The notes under the pieces: generated by a model
What the model saw: the letters and a program-made list of their open reading frames with translations, nothing else
Databases searched by the model: none
What the model was told of the DNA's origin: nothing
Shown here: piece by piece, positions 9,083 through 21,261 of the stretch
How positions within the stretch are numbered: position 1 is the stretch's first letter
Layout of the letters: every line of letters begins with the position of its first letter
Made by a program: the position numbers and the translations under genes
Assembly: GCA_039715015.1 (NCBI GenBank)
Contig: JBDLIE010000016.1
Location: forward strand, 1-64,000
Source of the DNA: Thermodesulfobacteriota bacterium
Lineage (GTDB): Bacteria > Desulfobacterota > Desulfobulbia > Desulfobulbales > SURF-16
Reading direction: 5' to 3'
Length of the DNA: 64,000 bases

Positions 9083-9696
9083 TGAGGAGAGATGTTAATT
9101 GGTCCAAGTTAGGGCTTTCAGCTCTGGCGGTTGTGGCGGTTATGGGAGTAACTGCCATGGCCTATGCCTCAAGTGATGCCCATGCCAGCGGTCCCGCCAG
9201 CTGGGGGTTGACTCCAGAGAAGCTGTGGGATCTTGGCTGGCGCGCCATGAACTTTGCCGCCTTGATGTTCATCCTGATCTATTTCCTGAAAAAACCCATC
9301 GTCGATGGCCTGCGTGGTCGCCGTCAGGGTATTCGTGAGGAGTTTGATGATCTTGAGAGCCAGCGCAGCGCTGCCGAGAGACAGTATCAGGAGTATGCCT
9401 CCCGTCTGTCCGGGCTTGATGATGAGCTTAAGAAGATGGTTGAAACAGCCGTTGCCCAAGGCGAGGTCGAAAAAGAGCGGATCATCGCCGAGGCCAACGA
9501 GGCAGCTGAGCAGATCAAACGCCAGGCTGAGATGGCAGTGGCTAACGCCGTTGCTGAGGCCAAGGTTAATCTTAAGAATGAAGCAGCCGACCAGGCCGCT
9601 GTCATGGCCGAGGGGATTATCAAGAGTAATCTGCAGGCCGATGATCAGGTCGCTCTGGTTGAAGGTTATTTAGCCAAGGTAGGAGGTGCCGCATAA
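9082..9696 (+). CDS. atpF: ATP synthase F0 subunit b
   Basis: WRAMNF..L...L..FLKKPI and coiled coil; position in the cluster. Confidence 0.9.
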   Translation: MRRDVNWSKLGLSALAVVAVMGVTAMAYASSDAHASGPASWGLTPEKLWDLGWRAMNFAALMFILIYFLKKPIVDGLRGRRQGIREEFDDLESQRSAAERQYQEYASRLSGLDDELKKMVETAVAQGEVEKERIIAEANEAAEQIKRQAEMAVANAVAEAKVNLKNEAADQAAVMAEGIIKSNLQADDQVALVEGYLAKVGGAA

Positions 9697-10241
9697 TGAA
9701 GAACGCATTACTGGCAAAACGTTATGCCAAGGCGCTGTTTGCCGTTGGTAAGGAAGAAAACGCCCTTGATGAGTACGCCACAGGTTTAGGCGAGTTTGCA
9801 GCCCTGGTTGCCGACAATGCCGAGCTTGGCGATGCTCTGGCCAATCCGATGTATCCGCTTGAGGCCCGCGAAGGGGTGATGGCAGAGATCGTCAAGGCCG
9901 CCGGCGTTTCAACTATTATGGGTAATTTTTTGAATCTGCTCGTCCAGAAACGGCGGGCCGATGCTCTTGGCGATATTGCTGAGATGTTCCAGATTCTCGT
10001 TGATGAGGAAAACAACACCTGTCAGGGTGTGGTCACCTCAGCCACTGAGATGTCAACCGAACTTCAGGCCAAGATCCAGGAAACTTTAGAGAAAATAACC
10101 GGGAAGCGTGTGACTGTGACCAATAATGTTGATGAGTCAATCATCGGCGGTATGATTGCCAAGGTTGGCGATTTGGTTATGGATGGCAGTATCAAGACGC
10201 AACTCGATGAGTTAAAAGAGTCCATTAAGGGGAGTGAATAA
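9696..10241 (+). CDS. atpH: ATP synthase F1 subunit delta
   Basis: [17 protein letters not shown] and DGSIKTQL motifs. Confidence 0.95.
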   Translation: MKNALLAKRYAKALFAVGKEENALDEYATGLGEFAALVADNAELGDALANPMYPLEAREGVMAEIVKAAGVSTIMGNFLNLLVQKRRADALGDIAEMFQILVDEENNTCQGVVTSATEMSTELQAKIQETLEKITGKRVTVTNNVDESIIGGMIAKVGDLVMDGSIKTQLDELKESIKGSE

Positions 10242-10245
10242 AGCA

Positions 10246-11769
10246 ATGCAGATTAAAGCTGAAGAAATCAGTCAAATTATCAAAGGCCAGATCAAGGATT
10301 TTGAGAGCAAAGCGGATCTGAGCGAGACCGGAACCGTAATCTCCGTTGGTGATGGTATTGCCCGTATCCATGGAGTTGAGAATTGCATGGCTATGGAGCT
10401 CCTTGAGTTCCCTGGCGGCATTCTCGGACTGGCCCTCAACCTTGAGGCCGACAACGTTGGTTGTGCGGTACTTGGTGATGTTGCCAAGATCAACGAGGGT
10501 GACACCGTAAAGCGTACCGGCAAGATTGCCGAGGTACCTGTTGGACCTGAAATGGAAGGCCGCGTTGTTGACGGCGTTGGTAACCCCATTGACGGCCAGG
10601 GCCCCATTAATGCCAAGGAGTCCTCCAAGATTGAGGTTCTCGCTCCTGGTGTTATCGCCCGTAAGGGTGTTCATGAGCCTTGCTACACCGGTTCCAAGGC
10701 TGTTGACGCCATGACCCCTGTTGGTCGCGGTCAGCGTGAGCTGGTCATTGGTGATCGTCAGATTGGTAAGACTGCCGTTTGTGTTGACGCCATCATCGCC
10801 CAGCGCGAGACCGACGTTCACTGTGTATATGTCGCCATCGGCCAGAAGAAATCTACTGTAGCCCTGGTTGTTGAGGCCCTTCGTAAGAACAACGCCATGG
10901 AATACACCACCGTTGTAGCGGCCTGTGCCTCTGATCCTGCACCAATGCAGTATGTTGCAGCCTTCGCCGGTTGCGCCATGGGTGAGTATTTCCGTGACCG
11001 CGGCCAGCATTCTTTGATCGTTTATGATGATCTTTCCAAGCAGGCTGTTGCCTATCGTGAGCTTTCTCTGCTTCTTCGTCGTCCGCCAGGACGTGAGGCT
11101 TTCCCTGGCGACATTTTCTTCAACCATTCTCGTCTCCTTGAGCGTTCCTCCAAGGTATCTGATGAGCTGGGCGCCGGTTCTCTGACCGCCCTGCCCATCA
11201 TCGAGACCCAGGCTGGTGACGTTTCCGCCTTTATTCCCACCAACGTTATTTCCATTACCGACGGTCAGGTATACCTTGAGCCTAACCTGTTCTTCTCCGG
11301 TGTACGCCCGGCCATTAACGTTGGTCTGTCCGTATCCCGTGTTGGTGGTGCTGCCCAATGTAAGGCCATGAAGCAGGTTGCCGGAACGCTGCGCCTCGAC
11401 CTTGCTCAGTATCGTGAGCTCGCCGCCTTTGCCGGTTTTGGTTCCGATCTTGATGCCGCCACCCAGGCCCAGCTCACCCGTGGTGAGCGTCTGGTTGAGA
11501 TTCTTAAGCAGCCTCAGTATCAGCCTCTCTCCATGGAAAAGCAGGTAAGTATCATCTTTGCCGGTACCAAGGGCTATCTTGATACCCTTCCTGTTGATAC
11601 CCTTGCTGATTACGAGCAGGACCTCTACACCCACATCGCCTCCTCTGCTCCAGAGATTTTCGACACCCTGAAAGAAAAGCAGGAGATCGATAGCGCTCTG
11701 GAAGAGAAAATGCACGCTACCATGAAAGCCTTCACTGAGACCTTCAAGGCTTCTAAAGGTATCAACTAA
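10246..11769 (+). CDS. atpA: ATP synthase F1 subunit alpha
   Basis: GDRQIGKT P-loop; [12 protein letters not shown]. Confidence 0.98.
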   Translation: MQIKAEEISQIIKGQIKDFESKADLSETGTVISVGDGIARIHGVENCMAMELLEFPGGILGLALNLEADNVGCAVLGDVAKINEGDTVKRTGKIAEVPVGPEMEGRVVDGVGNPIDGQGPINAKESSKIEVLAPGVIARKGVHEPCYTGSKAVDAMTPVGRGQRELVIGDRQIGKTAVCVDAIIAQRETDVHCVYVAIGQKKSTVALVVEALRKNNAMEYTTVVAACASDPAPMQYVAAFAGCAMGEYFRDRGQHSLIVYDDLSKQAVAYRELSLLLRRPPGREAFPGDIFFNHSRLLERSSKVSDELGAGSLTALPIIETQAGDVSAFIPTNVISITDGQVYLEPNLFFSGVRPAINVGLSVSRVGGAAQCKAMKQVAGTLRLDLAQYRELAAFAGFGSDLDAATQAQLTRGERLVEILKQPQYQPLSMEKQVSIIFAGTKGYLDTLPVDTLADYEQDLYTHIASSAPEIFDTLKEKQEIDSALEEKMHATMKAFTETFKASKGIN

Positions 11770-11781
11770 GGGGGGTAGGTA

Positions 11782-12654
11782 ATGCCTAGTCTAAAGGACG
11801 TTTCAACAAAGATCGGCGGCGTTAAAAAGACATCGCAGATCACCAAGGCCATGAACATGGTCTCGGCTGCCAAGCTCCGAGGAGCCCAGCAGAAGATGGA
11901 GGATTTCCATCCCTATGCCGAGAAGTTCAATGACACCATGGCCAATCTGAGCAGTGGCGCTTCAGGGGATTATCCCCTGATGGATGTCCGTGATGTTCAG
12001 ACCGCCGAGATCGTGGTTGTTACCTCTGATCGAGGACTCTGCGGTAGTTTTAACTCTAATATCATCAGCATGGCAGAGAAGCTTGCAGCCAAGTATGAGG
12101 CCGAAGGTAAGAAAGTATCTTACGTCTGTGTTGGCAAAAAGGGTTCTAATTATTTTAGAAAGACCGGCAAGATGAGAAAGGATTACCGGGACATTATGGG
12201 TACCTTTCAGATGTTCAATGCCCGTGAGATAGCTCAGGATATTGCTGCCAACTTCGAGGCAGGTGATGCCGATGAGGTCCAGGTAATTTATGGTCATTTC
12301 CACAGCGTTGCCAAGCAGGTGCCAACCACCCTTCCTCTGCTGCCGGTTAAGCCGCCAGAGAGTGAAGGTGGCGCTGAAGCCGCTGAACAGGCTGGCGATT
12401 ATATCTATGAGCCCAGTTCGGAAGAAATCATGGACGTACTCCTGCCCCTGTACATGAATGTTATGATTTATAACTCCATGCTGCAGATCGGCGCCAGTGA
12501 GCATGCCGCTCGGATGACGGCCATGGATAACGCCACTAACGCCTGTAATGATATCGTTGCCGAGCTGACAATGATCTTTAACAAGGCCCGTCAGGCCGCC
12601 ATTACCGGTGATTTGATGGATATTGTCGGTGGTGCTGAGGCACTGAAAGGATAA
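11782..12654 (+). CDS. atpG: ATP synthase F1 subunit gamma
   Basis: QITKAMNMVSAAK, DRGLCG and RMTAMDNAT. Confidence 0.98.
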   Translation: MPSLKDVSTKIGGVKKTSQITKAMNMVSAAKLRGAQQKMEDFHPYAEKFNDTMANLSSGASGDYPLMDVRDVQTAEIVVVTSDRGLCGSFNSNIISMAEKLAAKYEAEGKKVSYVCVGKKGSNYFRKTGKMRKDYRDIMGTFQMFNAREIAQDIAANFEAGDADEVQVIYGHFHSVAKQVPTTLPLLPVKPPESEGGAEAAEQAGDYIYEPSSEEIMDVLLPLYMNVMIYNSMLQIGASEHAARMTAMDNATNACNDIVAELTMIFNKARQAAITGDLMDIVGGAEALKG

Positions 12655-12666
12655 CCAAGATAATAA

Positions 12667-14142
<1,476 letters not shown>

Positions 14143-14204
14143 GATGTTTGAACACGCACCAGAACAGGGAACTGTTCTGGTGCCTTTATTCGAGGTGATG
14201 TGCT

Positions 14205-14624
14205 ATGGCAGAAACAATTGAACTTGAGGTCGTAACCCCCTCAGGCCCGGTGGTAAGTGAGAATGTTGACATTGTCACTGCCCCTGGTTATGGCGGTGTT
14301 TTCGGCGTCCTTGCCAACCATGCCCCTTTTCTTTCCACCATTAAGATTGGCGAGTTGTCCTATAAACAGGACGGCAAAGAGCATGATTTAATGGTCAGCG
14401 GCGGCTTTTGTGAGGTGTCTCAAAATAAGATCACCTTTATCGTCGAAAGCTGTGAGAAAGGCACTGATATCGATATCGATCGTGCTCTGCTTGCCAAGGA
14501 AAGGGCGGAAAAACGTCTTGCTCAGGCCAAGGGCCAGCAGGAAAAACTTAATGAGGCCCGGGCCCGGGCTGCTTTGCAGCGTGCCCTTGCCCGTGTTCGT
14601 ATTGCTGAAAAAAGAGCTAAGTAG
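14205..14624 (+). CDS. atpC: ATP synthase F1 subunit epsilon
   Basis: [15 protein letters not shown] and VSGGF. Confidence 0.97.
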   Translation: MAETIELEVVTPSGPVVSENVDIVTAPGYGGVFGVLANHAPFLSTIKIGELSYKQDGKEHDLMVSGGFCEVSQNKITFIVESCEKGTDIDIDRALLAKERAEKRLAQAKGQQEKLNEARARAALQRALARVRIAEKRAK

Positions 14625-14645
14625 CTTAATAGTTTTCAGTACATA

Positions 14646-14688
14646 CCAATAAAAAAGCCGCACAGTAACTGTGCGGCTTTTTTATTGG
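14646..14688. terminator. Bidirectional intrinsic terminator
   Basis: Perfect inverted repeat ccaataaaaaagccgcacag / ctgtgcggcttttttattgg between convergent atpC and cheX. Confidence 0.9.
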
Positions 14689-14706
14689 TCATCAAGAAAG
14701 GGGCTG

Positions 14707-15180
14707 CTAGTCTTTTTCTGCCAAATTGGCCTCAATCACAAAGCCGCCATATTCAGTTTCAAAAGGGATAACAATGGTGGGTGATTCAGAGAGCGTTGAG
14801 ATCTCAACGCCTCTGCCGGTGATCATGGTGGGCGTTGCCAAATCAAACTTATGATTCATCTTGCCTAAAGTGGCCTTGGCGCCACCGCAAATCATGTTGG
14901 TCAACTCACCAACAGCATCGATAATCTCGTCGTCAATGGTGTCCTTTGCATCTTCCATGAGCATGTTGGCCACAATATTGACAATACATTTTTCAGAAAA
15001 ACTGAGAATCATACAGCCGGAAACCTTTGCACTGGCCATGCCGATGATACCGGTGACATCTCCGAAGGTTGTTGTGTTTTTTTTTAGCGTCGGCTTGGCT
15101 GGGTGGACATGTGTTTGACACATGGTTTCCAAAACATTTTTGGCGGCTTGAAGAAAAGGATTTATAAACTCGACATTCAT
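14707..15180 (-). CDS. cheX: Chemotaxis phosphatase CheX
   Basis: EFINPF, DVTGIIG and DAVGELTNMICG (E..N motif); start MNVEF at 15180. Confidence 0.9.
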   Translation of the reverse strand: MNVEFINPFLQAAKNVLETMCQTHVHPAKPTLKKNTTTFGDVTGIIGMASAKVSGCMILSFSEKCIVNIVANMLMEDAKDTIDDEIIDAVGELTNMICGGAKATLGKMNHKFDLATPTMITGRGVEISTLSESPTIVIPFETEYGGFVIEANLAEKD

Positions 15181-15516
15181 ATAGGGGTAACCGGAATCGA
15201 AAGGCTCAATAATGAGCGATGATCGCAGGAATTTGAAAAGTAATAACGTTATGTAACGTGAAACCAATTATCAGGGAGAGCTCATCATATTTTTAAAACA
15301 ATTTTCATCTACTAGGATGAATGAGGAAAAGGCCTTTGTCAAGAAACTCTCGGTGCCACTGTCTGAGAAATCCTTTTGGAACAGAATGATGAAAAATATA
15401 CTCTCTCTAGGTAGTTTCCCCATGATGATTTTTTGGGTCAAGTAGTGTAGAAAGATGGGCGCAGTAGTAATCATCACAGATTTTTTTAATATTTTTTTGA
15501 GTAAGAAGGAGCTGAA

Positions 15517-16929
15517 ATGAACGCCAAAGAGAGAATGGCCATTGATAGACAGACATGTGCCGAACTTTCTCCTGAAATCCGTATAGATAATTATGATGAG
15601 GTTTCCTTAGGTTTTACCGAAGAAAGTGTCAAAACAGAGGCCCTCAGATGTCTTCAGTGTAAAAAACCAGGTTGCCGCCAGGGTTGCCCCATTAACAACG
15701 ATATTCCTGCCTTTATAGGTCTCGTAGGAGAAGGGAGGTTTGAAGATGCGTATTGGAAGGTACGTGAAACCTCTTCTTTGCCTGCCATCTGTTCCCGGGT
15801 CTGTCCCCATGAAAATCAATGTGAAGGGGCCTGTATCCGTGCCAAGAAAGGCAAGGCTGTTGCCATTGGCCTCATAGAACGTTTTATGTCGGACTGGATG
15901 GTCCATCATCAAAAGAATATGAACGTTGCCTGTGCCGTCCCTAAGGGTAAAAAGGTGGCCATTGTCGGTTCTGGGCCGGCTGGTATGACCGCGGCTTATC
16001 ATCTTGCCCATGCTGGCTATGAGTGTTCCATTTATGAGTCTCTGCCGGTTATTGGCGGCATGCTCAAGGTTGGTATTCCCCCTTTTCGCTTGCCCCGTCA
16101 TATCTTGAATGCTGAATTTGCGGCCTTAAAGGATTGCGGCGTTAAGATTGTTCACGATGTCATGATCGGCAAGGATATTACCCTGGAACAACTTAAGACA
16201 GAGCACGGTTTTGACGCTGTTTTTGTTGGTGTTGGTGCCCACGCCAGCCGTAAGCTCGGTGTTGAAGGGGAGGATATGGCTGGCGTCAAGCATGGCATCG
16301 ATTATCTTCGCGAGGTACTTTCCGGCAATAAAGTAGATATTGGCGACAATGTGGTTGTTGTTGGTGGCGGTAATGTTGCCATTGATTGTGCCCGGGTCGC
16401 GCTTCGTGAAGGCTCTAAGAATGTCTTTATCCTCTACAGGAGAACCATCGAAGAGATGCCGGCATCCAGCGAAGAGATTCACCATCTCCAGCAGGAAGGA
16501 GTGAAGATTGAATTTCTCGCCGCCCCCGTCCAGGTTGTCGGTGAGAATGGTAAGATGACCGGTATCGAATGTGTAAAGATGGAGCTTGGCCCCCCCGATG
16601 ATTCCGGCAGAAGAAGGCCTGTTGAGATTGAAGGCTCAAATTTTGTTATTGATGCGGATTGTGTTATCCCGGCAATCAGCCAGAACGTCAACCATGATGT
16701 TGATGCGGGCCAGGAGTTTGAGCTGACAAGATGGGGCACTTATATTATCGATAAGACCACCTTTCAGACCAATGTTGACTGGATCTTCTCAGCCGGTGAC
16801 GCTGTACTTGGTCCCCAGACTGTTGCAAAGGCGGTTTATCAGGCCAAAGAGGCTGCTGAATCAATTGTTCGATATCTTGAAGGCCGTGACCTTAAAGAGG
16901 GTCGTGAGGTCAGGGATCTCGATTCGTAG
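15517..16929 (+). CDS. GltD/SudA/NfnB-like NADPH-dependent Fe-S flavoprotein
   Basis: RCLQC...C...CP and CSRVCP..QCE..C clusters, GSGPAG, GGGNVA, YRR and AGD motifs. Confidence 0.88.
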   Translation: MNAKERMAIDRQTCAELSPEIRIDNYDEVSLGFTEESVKTEALRCLQCKKPGCRQGCPINNDIPAFIGLVGEGRFEDAYWKVRETSSLPAICSRVCPHENQCEGACIRAKKGKAVAIGLIERFMSDWMVHHQKNMNVACAVPKGKKVAIVGSGPAGMTAAYHLAHAGYECSIYESLPVIGGMLKVGIPPFRLPRHILNAEFAALKDCGVKIVHDVMIGKDITLEQLKTEHGFDAVFVGVGAHASRKLGVEGEDMAGVKHGIDYLREVLSGNKVDIGDNVVVVGGGNVAIDCARVALREGSKNVFILYRRTIEEMPASSEEIHHLQQEGVKIEFLAAPVQVVGENGKMTGIECVKMELGPPDDSGRRRPVEIEGSNFVIDADCVIPAISQNVNHDVDAGQEFELTRWGTYIIDKTTFQTNVDWIFSAGDAVLGPQTVAKAVYQAKEAAESIVRYLEGRDLKEGREVRDLDS

Positions 16930-16998
16930 TCAATTTTCAAAGCAGTTGCCGCATCTTCTCCGGTGCGGCAACTTTCCACCCACTGAGAGAGCAGTGCA

Positions 16999-17331
16999 AT
17001 GCGGCAATTTGTTATAGATGAGTTGAGCGCCCAGGAGCGTGATAATCTTGACAGCTACCTGAAAAAGAGCCTCAAGTCTGGGCCCATGCTGGGGATGTTC
17101 TGGCTGCAACTTCCTGAAGATTTATGGTCAAAGGCCCAGAAGGGCCATGATGAATGCGGTCCTTTTTATTTTGGTGTTGAGCTCAGTAAGGATAAACTCA
17201 TCGTTGAGCTCTTGGTCCGAAGTGAGAGTAACCTGCACTGCTCCTGTATATCCTATGCCACTCCGTCCCAGCGGGAGTATGTCTTAGGCTTTGTCGATAC
17301 CATGATTGGCGAGGAGCATATCACTGCCTGA
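16999..17331 (+). CDS. Hypothetical protein
   Basis: 110-aa ORF in an operon-like position, with a CSC motif. Confidence 0.75.
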   Translation: MRQFVIDELSAQERDNLDSYLKKSLKSGPMLGMFWLQLPEDLWSKAQKGHDECGPFYFGVELSKDKLIVELLVRSESNLHCSCISYATPSQREYVLGFVDTMIGEEHITA

Positions 17332-17453
17332 TCGGCCATTTTAAAATAGCCTTTTTCCCTGAAGACCATTTTTGATATACTCGAGTCAGAAGAGGCTTGA
17401 AAGGAAGGCCACCATGAAAATATTTTCCCGGTGGCAAGGATGCTGGCCCGAGC

Positions 17454-18194
17454 ATGGCAGATTTTGAAGAATATTTGACGGTTGAACTCAAAAGCGAGAT
17501 GGCGAACAGCTATTTTGGCTTTCGCAAGCTCATTGAAGAGGATTCCCTTGAGTACAGGGACAAGGTCCGCCAATACTCCTTTATTCTCGAAAAAAGGATC
17601 AGTTTCGACCTGATCCGTATCTATATTCTCCTCCAGGCTGAAGAGCTCATTGATGCCTTTCTTGATCTTTGTAACCTAGAAAAAAAGCTCTTCTACGATC
17701 CCTATCTTATTGAGTCAGAAACAATCAGGGAAAGAGTATTTGAAAGTGTGCGTATGCGCGGCTTAACGCGTCAGGGCCGCTTTCAGAATTTTTTGGTGGA
17801 TTGTTATGATCGCCTCGACTTCCACATAAATAGCTATCGCAAGAAGTATAAAGAGCTTGAGGATATCCACGATGATATTGCTGAGGAGATAAAGCTTTTT
17901 GAGAAGAGGCATGACCTCTCGGCCATGATGAGCTTCCTCCACTCTTTAGGGGCCCAGCCTGTGGCTGGCAACATGGAGCAAGGTCTTGAGACAGGGGTGT
18001 CCTTGGCAATTGCCAAAAAGCTGAAAATAGATGTTCCTGAGGACGTTGAGTACCATCTCCCTGTCTTGCCAGAGCTTCCTGCCTATGGCGATATCAAAAA
18101 GGAGCTTTTCGCTCTGAGCGAACAGGCGTACGGCCTGCAGAAAGAATCGTTTCTCGTACTCTTTGCCAACAATTTCTTCAGGCCACGCGCCTGA
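17454..18194 (+). CDS. Hypothetical protein
   Basis: 246-aa ORF, probably helical; no family recognised. Confidence 0.75.
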   Translation: MADFEEYLTVELKSEMANSYFGFRKLIEEDSLEYRDKVRQYSFILEKRISFDLIRIYILLQAEELIDAFLDLCNLEKKLFYDPYLIESETIRERVFESVRMRGLTRQGRFQNFLVDCYDRLDFHINSYRKKYKELEDIHDDIAEEIKLFEKRHDLSAMMSFLHSLGAQPVAGNMEQGLETGVSLAIAKKLKIDVPEDVEYHLPVLPELPAYGDIKKELFALSEQAYGLQKESFLVLFANNFFRPRA

Positions 18195-18218
18195 GATTAT
18201 TCCAGGCAGGGAACCTCT

Positions 18219-19043
18219 CTACCTGATTCCAGATCTCTTTTTTCGTACCTGCCCTATCTTGTCGATAAAGCGACCCATCACATCATAATACATAACCCCA
18301 GCCACGGTCATGATGGTGTTATGACCGGCCCCCGGAACAGTCTGGAATTCTTTCTGAAGGGCAGGGGATTCAGCAATGAGTTCAGAGGCGTTGGCCAGGG
18401 TAATGATCTCGTCAATTTGACCGTGGATAATGTAGGTGGCCATGGTGATTTTCTTAATCTTGTCGAGATTATGGAAGCCATCTTCTTCAGTGAGCCCCAG
18501 GCCATCAACGTCAACGCCAATGGTGTGCAGAAGGGGGAGGGTGAGAGCAAAGCCACTGTCGATAAGAAGGGCATCAACACGATCAGGGTGAGCCCAGGCA
18601 AGTTCTATGGCCGCAGCACTCCCTAAGGATCTCCCCATGGTAAGGAGTTTGCCGTTATGATTGTTTGTCTTACGCCAGGAACAGACAGCATCGAGAATGG
18701 CATGGGCGTCTGTCAACATGGTGCTTGCTGATGGCGTTCCTGTGGAGTGGCCGTAACCGCGGTATTCGGCAGCCATAAAGGTGATGTCACGTTCAGCATA
18801 CATGGGGGCGGCATCATCATAGTCTGAGACAACCTCGCCATTGCCATGGAAAAAAAGAAGGCAAGGTGCTTCACGGTTGTTAGATGGGAAAATCCGGAGA
18901 TGGACGGTTGCACCATCTGAGACATCAATATGAAGATCTTCAGCCCCTGCCGGGCAGGGTGAGCCTGAAGGAGGCGCGGGGTGAAAAATATATTCTGTAA
19001 CGCCTTGTTGGTCGAGTTTGGCATAGGTATAGGGCGTAGACAT
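18219..19043 (-). CDS. Alpha/beta hydrolase
   Basis: FFHGNGE, GRSLG nucleophile elbow, HGQID and GAGHN. Confidence 0.9.
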   Translation of the reverse strand: MSTPYTYAKLDQQGVTEYIFHPAPPSGSPCPAGAEDLHIDVSDGATVHLRIFPSNNREAPCLLFFHGNGEVVSDYDDAAPMYAERDITFMAAEYRGYGHSTGTPSASTMLTDAHAILDAVCSWRKTNNHNGKLLTMGRSLGSAAAIELAWAHPDRVDALLIDSGFALTLPLLHTIGVDVDGLGLTEEDGFHNLDKIKKITMATYIIHGQIDEIITLANASELIAESPALQKEFQTVPGAGHNTIMTVAGVMYYDVMGRFIDKIGQVRKKRSGIR

Positions 19044-19183
19044 AGTAGTCCTCGTAAAAAAGAGAGAAAGCAGGTTGGTCGGGGTTAATAGCCGTGAGGT
19101 ACTATAAGAAAAAACAGGGAATGATCAAGCTTGATTTGCTTGGCAGAGAGAAGAAAAAAGGGATGATAAAAAGAAGAGGCACT

Positions 19184-20392
19184 TTACTGGTAGCGGTTTC
19201 TGATTGCTTTTAAGACGTCGGTGATTTCAAAAAAAATATCAACAATCTCTGGATCAAAATGTTTACCAGAGGCTGCTAGGATCTCAGCATAGATGTCTTC
19301 GTCATCCCAGGCCTCCTTGTAGGCGCGATCAGAGGAAAGGGCGTCATAAACATCAGCAAGAGCAGTGATTCTGGCCTCAAGTGGAATGGAATCGCCTCTC
19401 AGTGGTTGGCTGCCGCCGGGAAAAGATTTGTCTGGTGAGAGGTCAATAGAGCCGGGATAGCCACTTCCATCCCATTTCTCATGGTGGTGCAGTGCAATAT
19501 CCATGCTCATTTTGTCCAGGTGGGATGTGGTGTTGCTAAAGAGCCGGGCGCCAAGGACAGTATGCTGTTTAATCTTCGTGAACTCAGAGGAGTTTAGCCG
19601 CCCAGGTTTTTGTAGGATGATGTCGGCGATGCCGACCTTGCCAACATCATGAAGCATGGCAGCAAGACGAATCATATCGTGCCGGGATTTAAGCTCTTGG
19701 GAGTCAATATTGTTGACGATGGCCCAGCGCCGGAATATCTCAGCACTGTAGGCGCCAACCCTTTGAACATGGGCGCCGGTTTCCTTGGGGTCATGGAGCT
19801 CTGACATCTTTACCATCCGCAGGATAAGCTCTCTATTCATAACACCCCTTTCAATAGCAACAGCGGCATTGTTGGAAAAGAGCTGAAGATAGGTCTGTAT
19901 CTTTTCTGAAAACGGGATGGGCGTTTTGTTTTCGTCCAGGGCGTTAATAAGCTGCATTACCCCGGTTATCTGGTGATTAAAGGAATGAAGGGGGATGGCA
20001 AGAATGGAAACGGTCCGGTAGGAAAACTCTTTGTCAAAGGATGAATTGAAGGTACAGGGCAGGTGGCGGGGGAGATTATAGGCGTCATCAATGGCGATGG
20101 TTTCACCGGTTAGGGCGGCATGGCCGACGATGGAGGCATTGGTGCAGGGAACGTTGAGGTTGGTGTACTGGGCGGCCCGGTTGCCGTCCTCGCCATAGAG
20201 GCTGTCGTTTTGGACCTGGTTGAAGACCAGACTTTTGTCCTGGGTCAGGAAGATGGAGCCGGCATCTGCATTGGCAAGGCGGCGGGCCTTGTACAGAATG
20301 CGATCCAAGATCATATCAATATCATTAAGTTGGTCAAGCTCCTTAATGGCATTGAGGATGGAGAGTACCACTTCATCTGGCTGTTGCTGCAT
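19184..20392 (-). CDS. GAF + HD-GYP cyclic-di-GMP phosphodiesterase
   Basis: N-terminal GAF domain; HDVGK, HHEKWDGSGYP, ADVYDAL and RAYK. Confidence 0.92.
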   Translation of the reverse strand: MQQQPDEVVLSILNAIKELDQLNDIDMILDRILYKARRLANADAGSIFLTQDKSLVFNQVQNDSLYGEDGNRAAQYTNLNVPCTNASIVGHAALTGETIAIDDAYNLPRHLPCTFNSSFDKEFSYRTVSILAIPLHSFNHQITGVMQLINALDENKTPIPFSEKIQTYLQLFSNNAAVAIERGVMNRELILRMVKMSELHDPKETGAHVQRVGAYSAEIFRRWAIVNNIDSQELKSRHDMIRLAAMLHDVGKVGIADIILQKPGRLNSSEFTKIKQHTVLGARLFSNTTSHLDKMSMDIALHHHEKWDGSGYPGSIDLSPDKSFPGGSQPLRGDSIPLEARITALADVYDALSSDRAYKEAWDDEDIYAEILAASGKHFDPEIVDIFFEITDVLKAIRNRYQ

Positions 20393-20476
20393 AAAGAAAC
20401 CTTTAGTGAAAAAGGGCAAAAAAAGCGGTCAACTTAATTTACAGGGATATTATAGGGTGAAGTGATAAAAAAAAGA

Positions 20477-20618
20477 AAGGCCACCTTGAAAAAATGCTGT
20501 TTCGCTTGATTGCCGCGTCACAGCCAAAGAATAAGGCTCAACATGTCTAGTATGATATGTTTTTCTTTTGGTTGTTCCTTGAATTTTAACTAAATAATGA
20601 ACTTTTCAAGGGAGCCTT
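20477..20618. mobile_element. Degenerate MITE-like element (family C)
   Basis: Imperfect terminal inverted repeats aaggccaccttgaaaa / ttttcaagggagcctt; layout similar to 54285-54447. Confidence 0.45.
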
Positions 20619-20640
20619 AAGGCAATGGAGCCAAATAGAA

Positions 20641-20681
20641 TAAAAAAGGGGCCTGAGCAATATGCTCAGGCCCCTTTTTTA
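20641..20681 (-). terminator. Intrinsic terminator ending the tusA-dsrE-like unit
   Basis: taaaaaaggggcctgagca-ata-tgctcaggcccctttttta hairpin with A/T tails. Confidence 0.9.
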
Positions 20682-20708
20682 GATATATCTACTACTAACT
20701 TGAGCAAT

Positions 20709-20885
20709 CTACCACCAGCTGATGGTCTGATCTGCCTCGGAAATCATATCAACAAGCTTTGCGTAATCAGGTGATTCAACATCAAGGTTGAATTCAACAT
20801 TGTCGCGATCAGCGGAAACGATCTCTTTGAGCTTCTTGACATCATCGGTGATCTCAGCGGACCGCATAACGTGTAAGATTTTCAT
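20709..20885 (-). CDS. Small DsrH/TusB-like protein (58 aa, not in ORF track)
   Basis: My translation is MKILHVMRSAEITDDVKKLKEIVSADRDNVEFNLDVESPDYAKLVDMISEADQTISWW, with a GGAG RBS upstream. The N-terminal LH and C-terminal DY..LV.....D...SW resemble DsrH/TusB. Confidence 0.8.
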   Translation of the reverse strand: MKILHVMRSAEITDDVKKLKEIVSADRDNVEFNLDVESPDYAKLVDMISEADQTISWW

Positions 20886-20916
20886 CTTGATAACTCCGTA
20901 TTGAGGTTAATAGGTC

Positions 20917-21249
20917 TTAGCTTTTATCAGCTCTCAGAATACCGTAGGGGATGATATACTCAACATCCCGCAGCTTCTGGCCAAGCTCTTCCAAAGTAGT
21001 CTGGGTGAGGCCAAAATTCTCGGCGTTACACTCAGGCAGGGTAAAGCAATCGCCCTCCATGTCACGGAGCCATTCAACGTTTTCCATGTGGTACTCTTTC
21101 ATGTCTTTCTCGTTAACAGCAAGATCATTCAAGTCATTGTACATAACACAGCCGTAAGCATACATGTTCTCTACGGCAAGACCAAGAGCGGAGCGAATAC
21201 CATCAAGGGTGTATTCCCTGCTGGGCATTAAGAAAAATACTTTAGACAT
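20917..21249 (-). CDS. Hypothetical protein, DsrF/TusC-like
   Basis: DGIRSALGL and the terminal LEELGQKLRDVEYIIPY resemble DsrE/F-fold ends; sits between the DsrE-like and DsrH-like genes. Confidence 0.65.
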   Translation of the reverse strand: MSKVFFLMPSREYTLDGIRSALGLAVENMYAYGCVMYNDLNDLAVNEKDMKEYHMENVEWLRDMEGDCFTLPECNAENFGLTQTTLEELGQKLRDVEYIIPYGILRADKS

Positions 21250-21261
21250 TGTGTTCTCTCC

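Noticed and set aside
15517..16929. DsrL
   Set aside because: It lacks the C-terminal ferredoxin-like domain, and no dsrAB genes are adjacent.
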